Source: Eledone cirrhosa (Eukaryota). From it: 64,000 nt of DNA. The DNA is taken from the NCBI GenBank assembly GCA_964016885.1, contig OZ024742.1, forward strand, positions 350,796,001 to 350,860,000, in the 5' to 3' direction. Within the stretch, counting starts at the first letter, position 1; each line of letters opens with the position of its first letter. The notes under the pieces were generated by a model. That model made no database searches, was not told the origin of the DNA, and worked only from the letters and a program-made list of their open reading frames with translations. Both the position numbers and the translations under genes were made by a program. Of the stretch, positions 57,801 through 64,000 are shown piece after piece.

Positions 57801-59614
57801 ACGTAGGTCATGGCGTCCTGAGTCCTCTTGTGCATGTACCGAGGTCCTCCAGTGAAGGTAGAAGGCAGGATGCAGACCTTGCCAATGTTTCGGGCATCCC
57901 CGTCGTTGGTCAAGCCGTCTCCCAGGTGTATGTAGCTTTCGCTACGCAGTTGCTGCTGGTGGGTTCGAATGAAGGCCAGTCATTCTGACTCCATCTTTGC
58001 TGCCATATCCATCGCAAATTGGTTCAGTAGGTCCTGCGATCTGTGCAAACTGTTGAAACAGTTTCTCCGAGGCATGAGTCGGTATGCGTAAAATTCCTTG
58101 CAGGACACGGTTTTGGCGGCAGCAACGGAGGACTGGTTTGGCTGGCAGTGTGGAGTCTTGAAGTGGTAGCCGTCCTCGCCGCGGGGGAAAAGTAGAGGGT
58201 ATTGGAGGCTGTCGTAGGATCGGTGTGTTTCGCGTATTCTGTGGAGGCCAGTTGCACGGTTGGATATGACGATATCACGGAGGTTGTGCTGGTCTCCGTG
58301 AAGGACGACTGCCACCTCGGGCGCGTTGAATCGACGGGCATGTTCTCCGGATGGTCTTTTGTCGGCATCGATGACAATGTTGAAGTTAGGCAGGTCAGTA
58401 GTCTCCAAGGCGTACTTGAAGCTCTGCACGTAGCTGTTTTGGGAGTGTAGCATTTGCTGCAGCGCCAGTAGGTCGTCTCTGTCCAGATTCTCTCTAGTGC
58501 CATCAGCTGAGATGACAGATGAGCGCATGTCAGCCTGCTTGTTGTAGTCAGCTATGAAGTAAATTTGCAGGAAGGCGGGTTGCGCTGACGGCGCAGGCTG
58601 TAGAGGACCGACATAGTGGTAAACCTGGCCCTGAACCTGAAAGGTTGGCATCCACCCGCTTTCTCGGGCAATTTTGGCCCCGAACAAAGTCATCTGGAAG
58701 GCGCAGTTGTATTTCCTTACGTTGCCAAGAGGTCTCTCCGCTAAGAAGTTCTCGCAAAGGTTCTGGAGGGGCCGCCAAAGGAGGAAGTGAAACCTTCCCA
58801 TTAGAGCAGCACAGGCCAGGTGGTTCTCCGGGCCACTTCTCTGCACCACAGAATTGGCATATGACATCCACCCTGCCTAGTTGAATGTCCGTACGGTCGG
58901 AGTATTTTACTGTTGGGTCGTAGTTGAAAGCCTTCATAAGCCAAAATGACTCATGTGGACTCGTTGTTCTTCGTGCGTTGTTTGTGTCCAACCGAGCACG
59001 GCGGGCTGTTTGATGTTCTGCGCCACAGGAGGCGGCGGTGGATACAGCGTTCTGGGACCTTCGGATGGCTGTCTGTATCTCGGTCTGGGATGCTCTGGCA
59101 GCTGCGGTGGAAGCGAGTCCTTGGACCTTCAGATGGCTGTCTGTATCTCGGTCTGGGATGCTCTGGCAGCTGCCTTGGAGGCGGAGTCCTTGGACCTTCG
59201 GATGGCTGTCTCCTGGTCGATTTCTGTGGCACAGGAGGCGGCGGTTGAAGCAGCGTTCTTTGACCGTCTGGTGGCTGTATGCTGTTTAGTTTCGGAGGCC
59301 CTTGCAGCAGCAGTAGTTGCAGCATTCCTAGCCCTACGAAGAGCTCTTTGGCTGTCACTCTCTGCTGCCCTAGAGGCGGCTGTTGCAACTGCATTCCGAC
59401 AATTACGAATGGCACGATTCGAAGCGGTAACCGTAGATAGAGAGGCGCTGGGTTGGGCTGTGCTAGGGCTACTTAAGTTTGAAAGCGAAGTAACAGGGAT
59501 TTGTGGCCAAAAATTCAGTCCGGCATCCGTAGACTGCTCATTCAATCGCCTCTTTTTTGAAACAACAGACGATGTTTTCCTACGGCTAAGGGTACTCTTT
59601 CTTTTCAGTGGCAT
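54809..59614 (-). pseudogene. Helitron Rep/helicase (HUH Rep plus PIF1-family helicase), multiply frameshifted
   Basis: CQFCGAEKW..CC..G; PDLFVTFTCNP, VEWQKRGLPHIH, KYVCKYVNKG (Rep); GGTGKTF, VWDE, GDFRQ, NMR, QFPV..FAITINKSQGQT, HGQLYVA.SRV (helicase). Confidence 0.95.
59050..59215. repeat. 60-bp coding tandem repeat in the Helitron ORF N-terminus
   Basis: ggaccttc(g/a)gatggctgtct recurs at 60-bp spacing. Confidence 0.85.
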
Positions 59615-60877
59615 GGTTGCAATAGTACAGTAAACAGTAAAGGGGAAGCAGGTTTAGAGCAAAGGCAAAAAAGCGAAGGTGATAAGCAGTATTTTGGGGA
59701 AGGTAAAAAAAAGTGACAAGTTGTTACAATTTTAAGCAAGAAAAAAGTAAACAAAAAACGTACTGGGAATGGCAAAATCCGAAAGCGAGGTCACAAAATG
59801 TAATGCAGTGAGAGTGAAGCACACGTCTACACAGTAGCCTAACCAAGTAGCAAGTGTAGCGTTTGAAAACCAAAGCTTTGCAGGCCACTCAAATCAACGA
59901 TAAGAGTCTGCAGAATTTTTTGATAGCAGTCTTGCCAAAACAGAATAAATGCTGCCACCTCCAGCCGTCCATGAATTTTTTTTTCTGATTCAAGGCGAAA
60001 ATTTGTCCACTTCTCGACCGAAAGAAAGCAAAAACTGACTCAACTGGTGACAGGTGGTCAGAACTGGCAGGAACTGGTTTGTGTCACGTGAAGCTGTAAC
60101 TATAGCAACAGTGGTTCCCTCGGTCTCTAAGACCAAAGTAAGTGGAGAGGGGAAGGTAATGTTACTGTAACACCAACAACGTCTCTCTCTATATTCCTCG
60201 CTCAATAAAGAAGGTGGAGGGGGAAGGTAATGTTACTATAGCAACAGTGGTTCGCTCACTGACCAAAGTGGAGAGGGGAATGTAATATTTCTGTGACACC
60301 CAAAACTTCTCTCTCTATCTTCCTCTCTCTCTCGCTAAAGAAGGGGGAAGGGGAAGGTAATGTTACTATAAGACCTGTTATTCCTGTCTCTCTATATACG
60401 AAGTGGAGATTCGACCTCGAACTTCACTCTCGACCGAATTTCGAAATGATTCGAGCACGTCAACAAAATTTAGATTCTTTTCTACCCATATTAGCAAAAA
60501 ACCGGGTCAAAAAAACTCGAAAGGAAAAATTTTTCACGCGTGCATAAAATGCAACCTCATCTCCCGATTTCACCCAAAATAGACAAAAAGGTGGATTGCG
60601 GGCCCCTGGGGAGACCTATCAAAAAACAAAGTAGCCTAAGCAATGTAAAGGGTCATGAGGAGTGATATATGCAAATTTGAGAGAGATCGGGCGAGCGGTA
60701 TAGACGCCAACCTCGAATAATGTAGCATCCACACACACACAGACAAACACACATCCTCTGTTTTATATATATAGATTCATATATGTGTGTGTGCGTGTGT
60801 GTGTGTATGTGCATGTGTATTTGTGTGAGTATTCTTATATATGAATATGTACGTTTTTATACACGCATACACACACA

Positions 60878-60918
<41 letters not shown>

Positions 60919-61048
60919 GCAAAAGCTTTATTTAAATTGTTGGGATACAACAAGCAAATATTTTTATAACTGATATAAAGCACTCGACAAATATTTGGAG
61001 TAGATATACGATACTAATAAATGGAAACTATATTTATAAAACCATATT

Positions 61049-61113
61049 TATTTCATTATATATATTTCAAGGATACCAAGTTACATTATGGTATGCCTTC
61101 ATCAGACAAAATA
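61049..61113 (-). ncRNA. Type I hammerhead ribozyme
   Basis: tattttgt CTGATGA agg catacca..tggtat cctt GAAA tatat ATA atgaaata. Confidence 0.7.
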
Positions 61114-63231
61114 CAATATATAACAGATTTATAAATAGACATTGACGTACCCCTTTTAAAAATTGACCGTTGTTTTCGGAAGCCATCAGGATAGTGATTT
61201 GTTTACTTTAGTAAGTCATAGTTTTAAGAGTAAGTAAAAAGATGGAGAGAGAGAGAGAAACGTGGAGAAAAGAAAGGGAGAGATAGATAAAGAAAAAGAA
61301 GAAAACAAAAAGAAAAGAGAACAGAGGAAAAATAACGGGGAGATATCAAACCATCAGACGGAGAAAAAAATCCAGAGAGATATATAGAGATAGAGAGAGG
61401 GGCGAGAGAACGAAAGCCTTAAGTAATATCATATTAAGTTGAGTTAACAATTGGGATGAAAAGCATAAATAAAATTAGAAATATTAATATTGATGAATGG
61501 AATATAGATATATAATATGAGAAATTACACATTGTTTAATTATGATTAGATATTTAGTTTAAAATTGAGAAAATATATTAAAAATTGGAATTTAAACATT
61601 ATAAAATATATATATTGCTAGAGAGATTATCTATCGCATATTACATACACATAGGCAAAGGTACATAAATATATATATATACACACTCACTCAGTAAATA
61701 CACATTATGTCTACTCCCGCACACAATATATATATACAAAGCATAAGTGATTTTTTGCCATACCTTCCCTGTGTTATTAATTAAAAATTAAAAGTTTTTA
61801 GTATATATATATAAATATATAGGATTAACTTTCATGCATTTATGGCTGTTAAGTTATGCATATCTGCAATCAAAAAACTGCATGTGTAAGCCTGTACATT
61901 CACATCCATAATTCTTAGCTATACATGAATAGATATGTGTGTGCATCTTCAATTGGTATACACGCGTCACTCATGCATATATACAGACAGACATATAATC
62001 ATAAAAAAGCATATAACACATGTATATGTATGTCAACACACACATATAGATACATTAGCCGTATATAGATATAATCAACATATAACATAGTACAATTGAG
62101 TATATAAAATACAAAAGGATTATATTTTTGGAAATATAATTATATCAATATAACTTAAAAAGCAAACAAATTCTACAAATATCAAAATACTAAAATATCC
62201 CAAAATATTATAGAATATTTTAAGTTAAAATAATGTTTAATATATTTAGTATAGAAATTAATCTTACGTATATTTTAATCAAGATATTGAAAGGACAAAC
62301 TTTTGAAAATTATGAGAAGCTATCAGAATAAAAAATAAATCTAATAAAAATTATGAGAGGCTATCAGAATAAAAACAAATCTAATAAAAAAAAAAAAATA
62401 AAAAAAAAATAAAATGAATCTAATAAAGAAATAAATAAAATGAATCTAATAAAAAATAAATCTAATAAAAAATAAAATATTATATCAATATAACTTAAAA
62501 AGCAGGGATTCTACAGATATCAAAACATTAGAAAAAAAAAAAAATTTTTTTTTTAATTTTTAAAAATTCTTAAAAAATCTTTAGAAAACATTTCAAAAAA
62601 TAAAAAATAATCTTTAAAATTTAAAAAAAATTTTAAATCTTAAAAAATTTTAAAAACTCTTAAAATATAGAATATTTTAAGCTAAAATAATATGTTTAGT
62701 ATAGAAATTTATCTTACGTATATTTTATTCAAGATATTGAAAGGATAAACTTTTCTAGAATAGATTATTATATTTATAATTATATTTATGAAGAAAATTT
62801 ATACTTGGGTACTTAACCAAAGAAAATGAAAAAAGGTGAAGGAATCTAATGATTTATCGACAGGTTACATACATTAACTAAATTACTTAATTAATTAAAC
62901 TACATTTTAAATTTATATTTATATTTAAACGTTGAGTTCAATCTATGTCTGCAGCAACTGAATAAATTATTCCTTAAATTAAGGGAATTTTTGGTCTGAT
63001 ATCTCCCCGTTATTTTTCTTCTGTTCTCTTTTCTTTTTATTTTCTTCTTTTTCTTTATCTATCCCTCCCTTTCTTTTCTCCACGTTTCTCTCTCTCTCTC
63101 CATCTTTTTACTTACTCTTAACACTATGACTTACTAAAGTAAAGAAAACACTATCCTGATGGCCTCCAAAAACAACGGTCAATTTATAAAAGGAGTACGT
63201 CAATGTCTATATATAAAACTGTTATATATTG

Positions 63232-63296
63232 TATTTTGTCTGATGAAGGCATGCCATAATGTAACTTGGTATCCTTGAAATATATATAATGAAATA
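63232..63296 (+). ncRNA. Type I hammerhead ribozyme (mirror copy)
   Basis: tattttgt CTGATGA aggcatgcca..tggtatcctt GAAA tatat ATA atgaaata. Confidence 0.7.
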
Positions 63297-63362
63297 AATA
63301 TGGTTTTATAAATATAGTTTCCATTTATTAATATCGTATATATATATATATATATATCTATA

Positions 63363-64000
63363 TATGTATATATGTGTGTGTCCGCATGTATCTGTGTGTT
63401 TCTAAATGTATTAATAACTCCCTCTGGTCGAGCAATCTTTGAAGTGTGGGGACAACTGGAAAGCTTCCATTACTCATACTTCTCGCCTTCTTCACTACCT
63501 CTTCTACGGCCTCGATATGAATACCCCCTCCGCCTCCGTGGTATTTTTTTCGTGGTTATAAGAGGCTTAGCTCTGTTTCTCGACCGTTATATCGCGTGAC
63601 TATCTCCCCCTCCGCCTTTTGGGATTCTTTCTCACGTCGTGTAGACGCGTTCTTGAGACTAGTAAAATGAGGTATCCTCTTGATAAGTCGGCAGACCTCG
63701 CAAGGACTCTATATCTTTGATATATTGTTTTTGTTTATGCCACGAAACTACGTAGTCGAGGAATTTAGGAACAGTTTAGGTATGATACATTTTATTACTA
63801 ATTATATCTAAATGTTTCTTCTCTCTTCATAATGTATTTTTAACTCTGATACTGGTTCAGTCTGGTTCAAACTGAATTGGTCTGTCCCAGTCATTCATTG
63901 AGCAACATCGGTGAAGTTGGCACCCTTAACTCACAGTTGGGTGCGGATGCATTCATGTATATATGTGTGTGTCCGCATGTATCTGTCTGTTTCTAAATGT
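63363..64000 (+). mobile_element. 591-bp ORF-less unit with a degenerate hammerhead; second unit begins before the window edge
   Basis: tccgcatgtatctgt at 63381 and 63972; tcctc TTGATAA gtcggca..tgccac GAAAC tacgta GTC gagga at 63675-63762. Confidence 0.65.

Larger units (their letters stand above)
54076..60775 (-). mobile_element. Complete Helitron (rolling-circle transposon)
   Basis: 5' A|TCTATATATATAAAA at 60775; 3' hairpin acccggc-caac-gccgggt (54087-54104) then CTAG|T at 54076; no TSD; RepHel coding remnants inside. Confidence 0.93.
61015..63332. mobile_element. Penelope-like element as an inverted pair (long left arm 61015-~62992 minus, short right arm 62993-63332 plus)
   Basis: ~340-bp inverted termini; minus 62920-62992 reads NSLNLRNNLFSCCRH (same C-terminal motif type as the 45-46 kb ORF); hammerhead in each arm. 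Confidence 0.85.

Noticed and set aside
58953-59633. 226-aa plus-strand ORF and other antisense ORFs over the LINE and Helitron
   Set aside because: Shadow frames of GC-rich TE coding sequence with no independent motifs

Overview
AT-rich, microsatellite-dense eukaryotic DNA with no confidently identifiable host gene. The SINE families suggest an octopod cephalopod, but this is inference. The window is mostly transposable elements: a decayed near full-length Tx1/L1-group LINE (~0.1-5.9 kb); a 4.35 kb 44-bp hairpin minisatellite with higher-order duplications (12.2-16.6 kb); a decayed R4-clade RT plus restriction-like-endonuclease element (19.1-22.1 kb); several RTE fragments, one with a twin-priming-type inversion (50.1-51.3 kb); about 16 tRNA-derived SINE loci of two families; and a complete, frameshifted 6.7 kb Helitron (54076-60775, minus). 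The most striking signal is a recurrent architecture. At least six large and four small inverted-repeat insertions from different Penelope-like (PLE) families have both 3' ends facing outward, mostly into (TA)n tracts, and the large ones carry a type I hammerhead ribozyme motif in the arms. Three ORF-less hammerhead units (~460, 538 and 591 bp) are partially tandem and look retrozyme-like. All motifs were read and folded by eye; no searches or folding programs were run, and boundaries are approximate unless a terminal motif is given.
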